Shown: one piece after another, positions 40,352 to 49,749 of the stretch | How positions within the stretch are numbered: position 1 is the first letter of the stretch | How the letters are laid out: every line of letters begins with the position of its first letter | Assembly (NCBI GenBank): GCA_038999725.1 | Contig: JAWBWS010000001.1 | Coordinates: 32,001-96,000, forward strand | Length of the DNA stretch: 64,000 bases | Direction of reading: 5' to 3' | From: Candidatus Aenigmatarchaeota archaeon | GTDB lineage: Archaea; Aenigmatarchaeota; Aenigmatarchaeia; CG10238-14; SCSR01 | Made by a program: the position numbers and the translations under genes | Notes under the pieces: model-generated | What the model was told of the DNA's origin: nothing | The model's database searches: none | What the model saw: only the letters and a program-made list of their open reading frames with translations

Positions 40352-42442
40352 TTAAATCGGCGTGATACCTGCTGTTGTGGCTGCAGTGACCTTAACAGCT
40401 TTAGCTGTCTGGTCTTTAAGTAATGTATCGTATTGTTGAACCACAGAGCATGCTGTTCTTGTGTTAGCTGCTTCCCATCCTGCCACAACTATTGTGAACT
40501 TGCCTTTGGCAGGATAGTCTTCAACTACTTTTATTATAGCAGCATTCTCTGGTATTGTTGAAGCTGCTCCACAAGCTGGGAATGTTAGACCCAAAGCTGC
40601 GGCAGCTTCCTTGTTGACACATGGTCCACCAACTACGACAAGATTCTTTGTCTTGTCTGTAGCAGTAAGCTCAGTGTCAAGTCTTGCTATTGGCATTGTA
40701 ACTGAGACATATTTCTTGTAAGTTTGTCCTTCTACTGCTGCTCCCAGCTTACCAACATAGACTTTTGCCTTTTGTTGGTCAGCCGGAAGGCTTATTACAA
40801 CCTTGTTTGTTACTGAGTTGGACTTAATTCCCTCTATCACTGTTCCATAGTCAAGAGTTTCTTTCCATTCTTGTGCTCCTTTTTCACTCGTTCCTACTAT
40901 TACATCTACTCCTTCAGCTTCTGATTCTTTATAACCAAGGATGAACTTCTTTGCTGTTGCATCGTAAGTGAATAGAGATTTTATGAGGTCTGTGTCTTGT
41001 GTATCTATCGTTAATGTAGCCACAGTTGGTGGTAATGATGCACTTGTAGCATTGTTGTATAGTATGTTGAATGTATGCTTGTCATATTTTCCTGAAAGTG
41101 CTATACCATTATCTAGTGAAGTATTGGTCCAGGCGCTACCACTCACTATCTTACCAAGCGAATCATCATAGTATGCCAATCGTAAGTGTTCAGAACCACT
41201 AGTGTAATTGTAAGCAATGTATGCCTTGCTATATTGCTCTCCATAAAATACTGGCTTGTCAGCTGTAATAACAATAGCCGGCAATTCTGCCTCCAGCTTT
41301 GTATCTGGATTAGCTATGTTGTAAATTCCACCATATGTCTTTCCTGGTGTAATTGTTAACTTGACGAAATCTTTAACTGCTAACTCATGGAAGCCTAAGT
41401 CGAAGTAATCATTTGGAACAATTACTTTCTCTCCAGCCTTTAGATATTTGTTCGTCTCGTTTATTAGGGAATAAGTCAAAGCTATGTAATCTAGATTTTG
41501 TGTTGATTTTGTGGCTTCTATGTCAAATGTCCAATAGTCGTTCAATGGGAAGGCGTCTCCGTCACCATATTCCTTGAGGGTCTTGCCTTTTGGTCCTACA
41601 ACAATATCTGCTTTTACCACAACATTGTCACTTGTAGCAATCACGTCCAGGAGCATTACCTCTAAGCCGGTGACCGAACTTGTAGCTGCAGTAGATCCTT
41701 TTCTAGGCCAGACTGTGTCAACTCTACTGTCTCCTTTCATTATGTTTATTTTCGCCCAATCAGTACCACCCATCTCTGCGTAAAATGTGTACTCACCGTA
41801 TGTTAGTCCAGTTTTTCCATCAATCGATCCTGTTACACCTGTCAACACTTTGATTTTATCATCATCTGTAACATTCACGATTGAGAACTCTTGACCAAAC
41901 AGCTTTACTTTGAACAACTTGTCATAACTTCCTGCCAATTTTATTGGTGTCGTGAACTTTACCTTGTATGTTAGTAGGGTTGTCGCAGAGGAAAGATCTA
42001 CATATACAGTTCCATTTAGCTCTGCATCATGTTTAACTACAGCATTAGGAATTGTAATTTCTTCTACTAGCCAAGAGCTTTGGTCTTCATAGGTTATTGT
42101 TTCTCTTCTCAAGAGGGGTACTTGAGTTTGTGTCAAAGGATCTGTACCGAATTGGGTTGTTAGATCAGCATCGAATGCTACTGATACCTCTTTTCCTGTC
42201 ACCGCTGCAGCTGCTCCTGGTAATGTAACCTCTTCTGTTGATAGCCCTGCCAAAGTTATTGCTATGTCTGCTGCTCCTACAACATCCTCAGGCTTGGCAG
42301 TTGCTCCAATTACTATTAGCCAATCTTCCACTGGCGTACCAAGTGAGGGTATGGCATCGCCAAGGGTTACTGCCAAGACCGGATAAACTGTTGTAAGAGC
42401 GGTCAATGCAGCCATAAGGCCTGCAATCAACTTTTCTTTCAT
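40352..42442 (-). CDS. S-layer protein
   Basis: IVIGATAKPEDVVGAADI N-terminal and NLVVVGGPCVN...VVAGWEAANTR C-terminal S-layer motifs. Confidence 0.9.
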   Translation of the reverse strand: MKEKLIAGLMAALTALTTVYPVLAVTLGDAIPSLGTPVEDWLIVIGATAKPEDVVGAADIAITLAGLSTEEVTLPGAAAAVTGKEVSVAFDADLTTQFGTDPLTQTQVPLLRRETITYEDQSSWLVEEITIPNAVVKHDAELNGTVYVDLSSATTLLTYKVKFTTPIKLAGSYDKLFKVKLFGQEFSIVNVTDDDKIKVLTGVTGSIDGKTGLTYGEYTFYAEMGGTDWAKINIMKGDSRVDTVWPRKGSTAATSSVTGLEVMLLDVIATSDNVVVKADIVVGPKGKTLKEYGDGDAFPLNDYWTFDIEATKSTQNLDYIALTYSLINETNKYLKAGEKVIVPNDYFDLGFHELAVKDFVKLTITPGKTYGGIYNIANPDTKLEAELPAIVITADKPVFYGEQYSKAYIAYNYTSGSEHLRLAYYDDSLGKIVSGSAWTNTSLDNGIALSGKYDKHTFNILYNNATSASLPPTVATLTIDTQDTDLIKSLFTYDATAKKFILGYKESEAEGVDVIVGTSEKGAQEWKETLDYGTVIEGIKSNSVTNKVVISLPADQQKAKVYVGKLGAAVEGQTYKKYVSVTMPIARLDTELTATDKTKNLVVVGGPCVNKEAAAALGLTFPACGAASTIPENAAIIKVVEDYPAKGKFTIVVAGWEAANTRTACSVVQQYDTLLKDQTAKAVKVTAATTAGITPI

Positions 42443-42465
42443 ATTTTTACCTCAATTTTTCCTTT

Positions 42466-42497
42466 CTGTTCAGTACAGCAAGGGCTATACTGAACAG
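42466..42497 (-). promoter_or_regulatory. 14-bp hairpin in the S-layer 5' UTR
   Basis: CTGTTCAGTATAGC-CCTT-GCTGTACTGAACAG on the minus strand; TATA at ~42537-42545. Confidence 0.65.
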
Positions 42498-42686
42498 TCT
42501 CGGGATTTTTCTTAAATAAAAATTAATTTTTGTGGCTATATATAAATTTCCTGAAACAATTTATAAGAAATTGAAACTGTTTCACCAAACCCATAAAAAC
42601 AGGTTTATAGCCAATTATAAAATCGCTAATTGTTTCTAGAGTAAAAATATGACAAAAAATATAAAAATAAAGCTTTATTTAGACTT

Positions 42687-43592
42687 TTAGAAAAACTTAA
42701 ACTTTTTCTTCACAATTTTCAGCTTGTTTGTCCTCCCAAGTCTCTTGATTTCTATTAACCCACGATCTGCCAAGCTTCTAACAACCCTTGAGACCTTTGC
42801 TTTTGATAAGTTTGTGATCTGAACCACTTTCTTCTGGTTAACTTCTCCACCTGCAGCAATTATAGCGTCCATAACTTTTCTCTCAAATTCATCCAAAACA
42901 GAAAGAATTATCTTCTCCGACTTCTTGAAAAATCTGAAGTAAATCAAAACTGAAGCGAAAATTGTAACAAAAAGGGAAATGCCCAAGTAAAATAAAGCTT
43001 GTGAGAATCGATCTTCCTTAAATTTTTCATAAATTATCCTAAACCTTAGCTCTTGATCTTCAGAAATATTCAGCAACTTCCAAGTTACTATGTGATGCCT
43101 GCCATCACTAAATATTGTCACGTTCTGTGGAAAAGAAAGCCTTCCTTTTACTTCCTCACCAACCAAAGAAAATCCCTCTGGGAGTTTGACCGAAATAAAG
43201 ACGCTTGTTATTTTTCTACCCAAACTAAAATCTGCATCAAAGATGTGATTTTTATCAATAACTTTAACAAAGTCACTTGTCTCGAAATTCAGCTCAATTG
43301 TTCTTCTCTCTTGTGTTAAGTTTAGTTTACATTTAACAACACTTATGGCTCCTGAATTTAAACTGCAATCGATTGGCAAACCCATGCTACTTGCATTCAA
43401 CTTTTCCATTCTCCCTATCAAACTCAATTCAAATTCTCCTTCGGGTTGAAGGAAAGTTATTGTTAATTTGGTTTTAGTTCTTCCCCTTTCGTCTATTACA
43501 GCATCTATACCATAATATTGAATTTGAGCAAAAACTGTGGAAGAAAGCAAAGCTAAAACCAAAAAAAATGATGTTAAAGCTAAAAGTTTCAC
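42687..43592 (-). CDS. Membrane-spanning regulator (extracellular domain, TM, C-terminal wHTH; COG2512-like)
   Basis: QKKVVQITNLSKAKVSRVVRSLADRGLI...GRTNKL. Confidence 0.85.
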   Translation of the reverse strand: MKLLALTSFFLVLALLSSTVFAQIQYYGIDAVIDERGRTKTKLTITFLQPEGEFELSLIGRMEKLNASSMGLPIDCSLNSGAISVVKCKLNLTQERRTIELNFETSDFVKVIDKNHIFDADFSLGRKITSVFISVKLPEGFSLVGEEVKGRLSFPQNVTIFSDGRHHIVTWKLLNISEDQELRFRIIYEKFKEDRFSQALFYLGISLFVTIFASVLIYFRFFKKSEKIILSVLDEFERKVMDAIIAAGGEVNQKKVVQITNLSKAKVSRVVRSLADRGLIEIKRLGRTNKLKIVKKKFKFF

Positions 43593-43627
43593 AAATAAAA
43601 TGAGTTTTCTTGTTAATTTATATTTTC

Positions 43628-44626
43628 CTATTTCAACACAAGATTAATCCCGAGTCCACACTTTGGGCATCTCCCATCTACCAAGTTTATCTTCTTTGTG
43701 GAAAGGTTTTCCCTTATTATTAAAGGTTCTTGACAATTGTAACAATAGGTGTTTTGATTTGGATTTTTCGATACATTGCTTATGTAAACGAACCTTAAAC
43801 CTGCAGCCCTAGCAACATCGGCACATCTCTCTAAAACACTAATTGGCGTGGCAGGCAAGCCTGGAAATTTTGGACTTGGATGAAATTGCAACACGTGAAA
43901 GGGAATTTCTGAACCAAACTCCATGTTTATGAGCTCGGCAAGCTTTCTACATTCCTCTAAATCATCCCCCACTTGTGGAATTATTGTATTGGCAATTTCA
44001 AGGAATATCCTGTGTTTTTTCATTTGTTTAAGTGTATCTATAACTGGAGAAATCTCAGGAATCAAACCGTATTGTGTCATGAATTGTTTAGAGCCAGAAG
44101 CTTTAAATCTTACGCTTGCTGCATCAAGATATTTTGCTATTTTCTTTACAGCATCTTCTGTCACATAGCCGTTAGTCACGAAAATATTTTTTATATTGGC
44201 TCTGTGAGCATATTTTGCTATCTTGAATGTAAACTCAAAAGATATTGTAGGTTCTGTAAAAGAATAGGATATGCTCTTACACCCTTTCTTTTCTGCAGCC
44301 TCCGCCACATCTTCTGCTGAAATCTCCTTGGCTTCTAAATTTTCCAAAGCAGAACCATTTATACAAAAATTATCATTCAGCTCACAACCTGGAAGTGAAA
44401 CAAAAAGGCTTTTGGACTTTGGTAAGAAGTGAAATAAAAGGCTTTTTTCTACCCAATCAACATTTAAACCTAAAACTTTCTCGTAGTTAAGGGTGTAAAG
44501 TTTATTGTTTTCATTTTTTCTAACTTGGCAAAGGCCAAATTTTTCTTTAGAGATAAAGCATCTTGCATGGCAAAGGTCGCAACGCACACCATTTCTTTCC
44601 TTGTGCCAAAGCATAGCTTCTTGCAT
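43628..44626 (-). CDS. AmmeMemoRadiSam/PflA-like radical SAM protein with degenerate cluster motif
   Basis: CDLCHARC, FTEPT, VTNGY, C-terminal CYNC...CPKC; motif reads CELNDNFC. Confidence 0.8.
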   Translation of the reverse strand: MQEAMLWHKERNGVRCDLCHARCFISKEKFGLCQVRKNENNKLYTLNYEKVLGLNVDWVEKSLLFHFLPKSKSLFVSLPGCELNDNFCINGSALENLEAKEISAEDVAEAAEKKGCKSISYSFTEPTISFEFTFKIAKYAHRANIKNIFVTNGYVTEDAVKKIAKYLDAASVRFKASGSKQFMTQYGLIPEISPVIDTLKQMKKHRIFLEIANTIIPQVGDDLEECRKLAELINMEFGSEIPFHVLQFHPSPKFPGLPATPISVLERCADVARAAGLRFVYISNVSKNPNQNTYCYNCQEPLIIRENLSTKKINLVDGRCPKCGLGINLVLK

Positions 44627-44686
44627 TCTCTTCCCCTTAAAAAATCTACAAATATAATATTAGTCGTGTAAAGAAATATAGATTAG

Positions 44687-44770
44687 GCCCCAGTAGCTCA
44701 GCCTGGAAGAGCAACTACCTCGTAAAGTCGAAAAAGTAGTGGGTCGAGGGTTCAAATCCCTCCTGGGGCT
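44687..44770 (+). tRNA. trnT: tRNA-Thr(CGT) with 10-nt intron at 37/38
   Basis: GCCCCAG/CTGGGGC-T; stem ACTAC/GTAGT; insert AAGTCGAAAA. Confidence 0.88.
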
Positions 44771-44844
44771 TTATTTAATCCAAATCATTAAACCTGCACT
44801 AGCAAATAGAATGAATTAAAGGTTTTATAAGTTAATTCAATCTT

Positions 44845-45786
44845 ATGATAAGAATACTATTTTTCTCCAGTAAAGAATACTTTAGCTATGGTTTTGAAAA
44901 CCATCCTTTCTCTAGAGAGAGATATGAAGAAACCATTAAAGAAATGGAAAGAAGGAATTTGTTCGATAGAGAAAATTTAAAAATAATTGAACCGAAAAGA
45001 GCAAGCGAAAAAATTTTAAGGCTGTTTCATTCTCAAGATTACATAAATATAGTGAAAGAGCTTTCTGAAAAGGGGGAAGGTTATTTAGATCCAGACACAC
45101 CTGCTTTCAAAGGAATGTTTGAAGTAAGTAGCACAGTCGTAGGGGCTTCTGTGGAGGCTGTTGAAAGAGTTTTAAAAGGCGAAGCTGACAAAAGCTTTAA
45201 CTTGGTTGGTGGATTACATCACGCAAAGAGGCAAGGAAGCTCGGGATTTTGTATTTTTAATGATGTGGCAATTGCAATAAGTTATGCTTTGGATAAGTTA
45301 AAAGCCAAAAGAATTTTTTATGTTGATGTAGATGCTCACCATGGGGATGGAGTCTTTTATAGTTTTTATGAGGATGAAAGAGTTTGGATTGCTGACATTC
45401 ACCAAGATGGTACAACTTTATTTCCTGGGACAGGATTTGAGTTTGAAGTTGGGGGAGGAAAAGCCTATGGGACAAAGAGGAATTTTTCCCTACCTCCTTA
45501 TTCTGGAGACAAAGAATTGATGGAAGCTTTATGTAAAATTTTAGAGTTCGGTGAAAAAGCTGAACCTGAAATAATCCTGCTTCAAGCAGGAGCTGATGGA
45601 ATAAAAGGAGATCCTTTAACTCAATTGCAATATTCTTTGAAAGCCCACTCAAAGTTTGTGAGAGAAATAAATGAATTGGCAGAAAAAATTTGTGAAGGTA
45701 AGCTTATAATTTTTGGAGGAGGAGGCTATAACATAACCAATTGTAAGAAGGCTTGGTCTAATGCATTAGAGATATTGTTGAAGTGA
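44845..45786 (+). CDS. Histone deacetylase/AcuC-family deacetylase
   Basis: GGLHHA, GFCIFND, DVDAHHGDG, GGGGY. Confidence 0.95.
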   Translation: MIRILFFSSKEYFSYGFENHPFSRERYEETIKEMERRNLFDRENLKIIEPKRASEKILRLFHSQDYINIVKELSEKGEGYLDPDTPAFKGMFEVSSTVVGASVEAVERVLKGEADKSFNLVGGLHHAKRQGSSGFCIFNDVAIAISYALDKLKAKRIFYVDVDAHHGDGVFYSFYEDERVWIADIHQDGTTLFPGTGFEFEVGGGKAYGTKRNFSLPPYSGDKELMEALCKILEFGEKAEPEIILLQAGADGIKGDPLTQLQYSLKAHSKFVREINELAEKICEGKLIIFGGGGYNITNCKKAWSNALEILLK

Positions 45787-45845
45787 ATTTAAACTTGCAA
45801 TCATCAGGCTTAAGAATTAAAATTGCAAAATAAAAATGAGGTGAA

Positions 45846-46172
45846 ATGATGGAAATCCTGCTTTGGATAGAGCAAAAGAATTTGCAAAAGGTTAAGGATA
45901 TTTTGCTTAAAGATGATGTTGTGTCAAGAGCTAGTATAACTTTCAAAGAAGCAAAAATAATGACTAACAAAGAAGGTTACTATTCTTATATTTCTGGTAC
46001 AGAAGAGCAATGTGTGAGGGCTTTAGAGATAGTAAAACTTAAAAATGAAAAAACAGGTGAAATAGTTGAATTAGCCAGAGAGGTAAAAGAAGAAGAAAGG
46101 AAGGAAGTGATAAATAAAATTAAAGAAGAAGAAAGGAAGGCAATGGAAGGATTTGGGGGTATATTTGGATAA
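45846..46172 (+). CDS. Conserved archaeal hypothetical protein
   Basis: SD GAGGTGA; C-terminal AMEGFGGIFG. Confidence 0.75.
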   Translation: MMEILLWIEQKNLQKVKDILLKDDVVSRASITFKEAKIMTNKEGYYSYISGTEEQCVRALEIVKLKNEKTGEIVELAREVKEEERKEVINKIKEEERKAMEGFGGIFG

Positions 46173-46187
46173 ATTGCATTTCAACTC

Positions 46188-46304
46188 GCGCTGGTAGTCC
46201 AGTCGAGAATGACTCTGGATTGGTCTAAGACGTCGATTTAAGCGGAACCCTGCCAACCAGAGGACAGAGCGGCGGAGACCCGGGTTCAAATCCCGGCCAG
46301 CGCA
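46188..46304 (+). tRNA. trnG: tRNA-Gly(GCC) with three introns (16/17, 29/30, 37/38)
   Basis: Removing 46204-46221, 46236-46247 and 46256-46269 gives a canonical 73-nt tRNA-Gly. Confidence 0.88.
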
Positions 46305-46439
46305 TTTAACTTTTTTCTTCAATTCTCCTTTCTTGGAAGCTTGAGTAGTAAGCCAACTGACGATGTTGCTGGGTTTGGAGGGCTAGAGTGCATTTAAGCT
46401 TATATTTCTGAATTCTAAATAATTTTATTGTTGATTTCC

Positions 46440-46949
46440 ATGATTTTTGGAAAGAAAAAAGATGAAAAAGAAGAACAAAAAATTTTTTCAAAAATTGAAG
46501 AGATTAAGCTCCCTACACTTGAAGAAATTAAATCACAAGAAACTCTAAAAGAGCAAGAAAGGAAGATTGAATCCAAGCCCTTGATTGAAGAACCTATACA
46601 TCCTCAGCCATTGCCACAAAAAAGTGAAATTGTGAGAAAATTGCCCCTTTTTGTAAAACTTGAAAATTACGAAGAACTTATTACAGCGATAAGTGAACTA
46701 AAAGAAGTTTTGAGTTTGATTAAAACCTCTTTTTCTTTGCTTGAAGAGGGTGAAAGAACAAAAATTGAAGCTATGGGAACAATCAAAGAAAACTTAAGCA
46801 AGGTAGAAGAAAAAATTTCCTATTTGAATTCAAGTTTGCTGGCTTCCGTACAAGAAGAAAAGAAATACCAAACTGAAGAAATCAAGAATTCTCTTTTAGA
46901 ATTGAAAGCAAAAATTGAAAAACTTAAACAAGAAATGCAGAGAATTTGA
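46440..46949 (+). CDS. Coiled-coil hypothetical protein
   Basis: PLFVKLENYEELI followed by coiled coil. Confidence 0.7.
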   Translation: MIFGKKKDEKEEQKIFSKIEEIKLPTLEEIKSQETLKEQERKIESKPLIEEPIHPQPLPQKSEIVRKLPLFVKLENYEELITAISELKEVLSLIKTSFSLLEEGERTKIEAMGTIKENLSKVEEKISYLNSSLLASVQEEKKYQTEEIKNSLLELKAKIEKLKQEMQRI

Positions 46950-46987
46950 TAAATTTTTTTCTTTTCTTTTTAAAAATAATTAATTGG

Positions 46988-47105
46988 GCAGGGGTAGCCA
47001 AGCGGTTAAAGGCGGCAGGCTCAAGTTTGGTTGAGCTTTGATCTGAGATGAAAGAAGGAACCTGCTGGCTTAGTGCCTTCGTGGGTTCGAATCCCACCCC
47101 CTGCA
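46988..47105 (+). tRNA. trnL: tRNA-Leu(CAA) with 34-nt intron at 37/38 (47026-47059)
   Basis: GCAGGGG/CCCCTGC-A; long variable arm; mature 84 nt. Confidence 0.92.
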
Positions 47106-47159
47106 TGATTTTTCTAACGTGCACCAGTCTTAATGAAATCGAAAAACTGAGTACAGAAT

Positions 47160-47319
47160 ATGAGAGTTGATATACACAATTATGAGAAGAGATTACAATA
47201 TTTTCTAAATAGACTGAATGGAATAGACAAAGAAAATAAAGAGGATATTTTTAAAATTTGTTAAGTATCTTTTTGCTGAAGGAATTTCAAAGGGAAGGAT
47301 TGCCAAGTATGTTTTTTGA
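47160..47319 (+). pseudogene. Frameshifted N-terminal remnant of an archaeal tyrosine integrase
   Basis: MRVDIHNYEKRL...ENKEDI/FVKYLFAEGISKGRIAKYVF*, directly 3' of tRNA-Leu. Confidence 0.6.
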
Positions 47320-47354
47320 TAATAAATAATCAATCTATAAAGCAATATTAAATT

Positions 47355-48065
47355 ATGTTCAATCGGAAATCACTAAGAGAAATAGAAATTGATGCATACA
47401 GAAATTGTCAACTCAAAATTTTGTCTTTGCTAGATCCTCCAGAGGGAGAGAAAAATTTAAAACTTCTTGACATTGGTTGCGGTGATGGTAGCTTTTCACT
47501 TGAAGTAGCTAAAAAATGTAATGCAAAAGAAATTCATGGATTGGAAATAAATAAAGATGTTTTAGAAAAAGCGAAAAAGAAAGGAATTAAAATACACGAA
47601 GGGGATGCAAATAAAAAATTTCCTTTTAAAGACAATTTCTTTGATGTGATTATAGCCAATCAAGTTGTTGAACATTTATTAAATCCTGACAATTTTTTTG
47701 AAGAAATTCACAGGATATTGAAACCAAATGGATATTGTATAATATCCACCCCCAATTTATGTTCACTACATAATAGAATTTTTATATTGCTTGGGTGGCA
47801 AATCACGAATATTTCACCAAGCACAAAAGTTGTTTTTGGTAATCCTAACAGAGGTGCCCAAAGTAATATGTGGGGTCCATATAGACATTTAACTATATTC
47901 TCCCCACCTGCATTAAAAGAAATGTCCGAGTTTTATGGACTTAAGGTGGAAAAAATTACTGGAAGTGGGTTCCATCCCTTTAAGTCTCCAATGTCAAATT
48001 TCCTATCGACAATTTTTCCAAAATTGTCTGTCTTTCTCCTCGTAAAAGCGAGAAAACTAAAGTGA
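47355..48065 (+). CDS. Class I SAM-dependent methyltransferase
   Basis: LDIGCGDG, FDVII, EHL, LKPNG...STPN. Confidence 0.92.
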   Translation: MFNRKSLREIEIDAYRNCQLKILSLLDPPEGEKNLKLLDIGCGDGSFSLEVAKKCNAKEIHGLEINKDVLEKAKKKGIKIHEGDANKKFPFKDNFFDVIIANQVVEHLLNPDNFFEEIHRILKPNGYCIISTPNLCSLHNRIFILLGWQITNISPSTKVVFGNPNRGAQSNMWGPYRHLTIFSPPALKEMSEFYGLKVEKITGSGFHPFKSPMSNFLSTIFPKLSVFLLVKARKLK

Positions 48066-48236
48066 TTTTGTTGATTCTTCTGCTAAAGTCTGTTAAAAAT
48101 TTTGTTAATATGTGTTATGGTAATTACTGGAATTTACCGTTGCTTAGCTTTTTAAGCTCCTTAACTATTTCCTCTTTAAACGAAAAGTCTATTGTGGAAA
48201 ATAAAAAAAAGAAAGAAATACTAAAGTTTGTTCCTT

Positions 48237-48533
48237 CTAGAACACTTCTACCAATGTTTCATAGATTATGAGCAAGGCCCCAAGCAAAGCTAAGAGCCAG
48301 GCTACAAGCTCAAAAGCCTCTTTGATCAATCCAATTTGTGGTGAGACGTACATTGTAACGGCCGGAACTGACCATGCTGCTACAGACAAGAAAAGAGCGG
48401 CAGCAACGGCTATGAGTTGCCATCCTTTTGTCATCTTTATTTTTGCGTACTGTGCCAAAGCTACTGCTAGAAGGAACCCTACACCCAAACCAAGAGCTCC
48501 TTCAAATATTACCATAGCTTCACCTAATTTCAA
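48237..48533 (-). CDS. Small 3-TM membrane protein (start possibly 48515)
   Basis: Three hydrophobic helices. Confidence 0.65.
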   Translation of the reverse strand: MKLGEAMVIFEGALGLGVGFLLAVALAQYAKIKMTKGWQLIAVAAALFLSVAAWSVPAVTMYVSPQIGLIKEAFELVAWLLALLGALLIIYETLVEVF

Positions 48534-48644
48534 TTAAAGTAAGACAAGTATTAAAAGCTTTCTTCATCACCCAACATAAACTATTGTCTAGTGATAAAAA
48601 CTCTTCAGCTGTTTAATAGAATTTAAAAACAAGATTTTAATTAG

Positions 48645-49187
48645 ATGAGAATAGAACCTTCAAAGGCTTACAAACTTCTATCTCCAAGGATTGTTGTTTT
48701 ACTTACAACAATAAACTCAAGGCATGGAATGAATGTTATACCGATTGATTTCATCAGTCAAGTAAACCATTCTCCTCCCATAATTATGGTGGCAATTCAA
48801 ATAGGTAGCCAAACTTACAAGAACATAAAAGAAAATGGAGAGTTTGTAATAAACATTATGAGTAGAAAGCATTTTAATGAAGTGATGAGGTGTGCAACAA
48901 GATATCAAGAAGGAATAAACAAGATACAACAAGTTGGCTTACACCATTTTTCTTCTCAATTAGTCAAGGCGCCTAGAATAAAAGAAGCAAAAGCTTGGTT
49001 GGAATGTAAATTTGTGGATGAAATCCTTTTTAAAGATCATGCAGCAATCTTTGCTGAGATAATTTCTGCAGAGGTTTCTGACGAAATTGTGGTTAATGGT
49101 GAGATAGAATTCTCAAAAATTAATCCAATTCTCTATATTACAAAAGACTACAAAATAGAGTTCAAAGTTATGAAAAAGAAAAAATAA
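48645..49187 (+). CDS. Flavin reductase-like (DIM6/NTAB) protein
   Basis: PRIVVLLTT, NIKENGEFVIN, APRIKEAKAWLEC, DH. Confidence 0.9.
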   Translation: MRIEPSKAYKLLSPRIVVLLTTINSRHGMNVIPIDFISQVNHSPPIIMVAIQIGSQTYKNIKENGEFVINIMSRKHFNEVMRCATRYQEGINKIQQVGLHHFSSQLVKAPRIKEAKAWLECKFVDEILFKDHAAIFAEIISAEVSDEIVVNGEIEFSKINPILYITKDYKIEFKVMKKKK

Positions 49188-49201
49188 AAAATAATGAATC
49201 G

Positions 49202-49285
49202 CTACTCTTCTTCTGTTTCCTCTTCTTCCTCTTCTTCCCACTCTTCCTCTTCATTCCAAGTCTCATCAAATTCTTCAAACTCCAT
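49202..49285 (-). CDS. 27-aa hyper-acidic microprotein (not in ORF track)
   Basis: MEFEEFDETWNEEEEWEEEEEEETEEE; SD AGGTGA 5 nt upstream; TTTAAATA upstream. Confidence 0.55.
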   Translation of the reverse strand: MEFEEFDETWNEEEEWEEEEEEETEEE

Positions 49286-49431
49286 TTTTTTCACCTATAT
49301 GTCTAAGTAAAGAAACGTCAAAGTATTTAAATCTTTACTATTTTTTAAAAAATCACCACTTTAGAGTGATTTTTCTGGATTGAAAAAAAAAATATAAAAG
49401 CTTAAATTTACTATTTCCTTATTTCTTTTTT

Positions 49432-49717
49432 GCAGGAGGTCCCTGGTCGGAGAGCTAGGCCCTCTCTACTGGCCTTGCCAGTGGCAAATGGTCTATATGG
49501 CCGACCAAAGCTCGAGGGCGGTGTAGCTCAGTGAACTATTCCAAGCTTGTCGACTGAGAAGTCTTGTCCCACAGGACCGACTTCCCATCAAACCCAGCCA
49601 GGCGAGGAATCGAGCAACTGTAAGATGGGTTGATCGGTGCTTGTGGCAAACAGGATGGAGAAGACGGCTTGGGTTAAATAGTTTGTTGAGTTACATCCAC
49701 CGAGAGCGACCTCCTGC
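49432..49717 (+). ncRNA. ffs: SRP RNA (7S)
   Basis: Terminal helix GCAGGAGGTC/GACCTCCTGC; helix-8 motif CCAGG-CGA-GGAA-TCG-AGCA; long helix 5; T-tract after the 3' end. Confidence 0.88.
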
Positions 49718-49749
49718 TTTTTTATTTTGAAAAAAACAAGTGATTTAAT

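Noticed and set aside
49432..49717. RNase P RNA or a permuted SRP RNA
   Set aside because: It lacks the P4 GAGGAAAGUCC signature, has the SRP helix-8 motif in normal order, and shows no terminal BHB.
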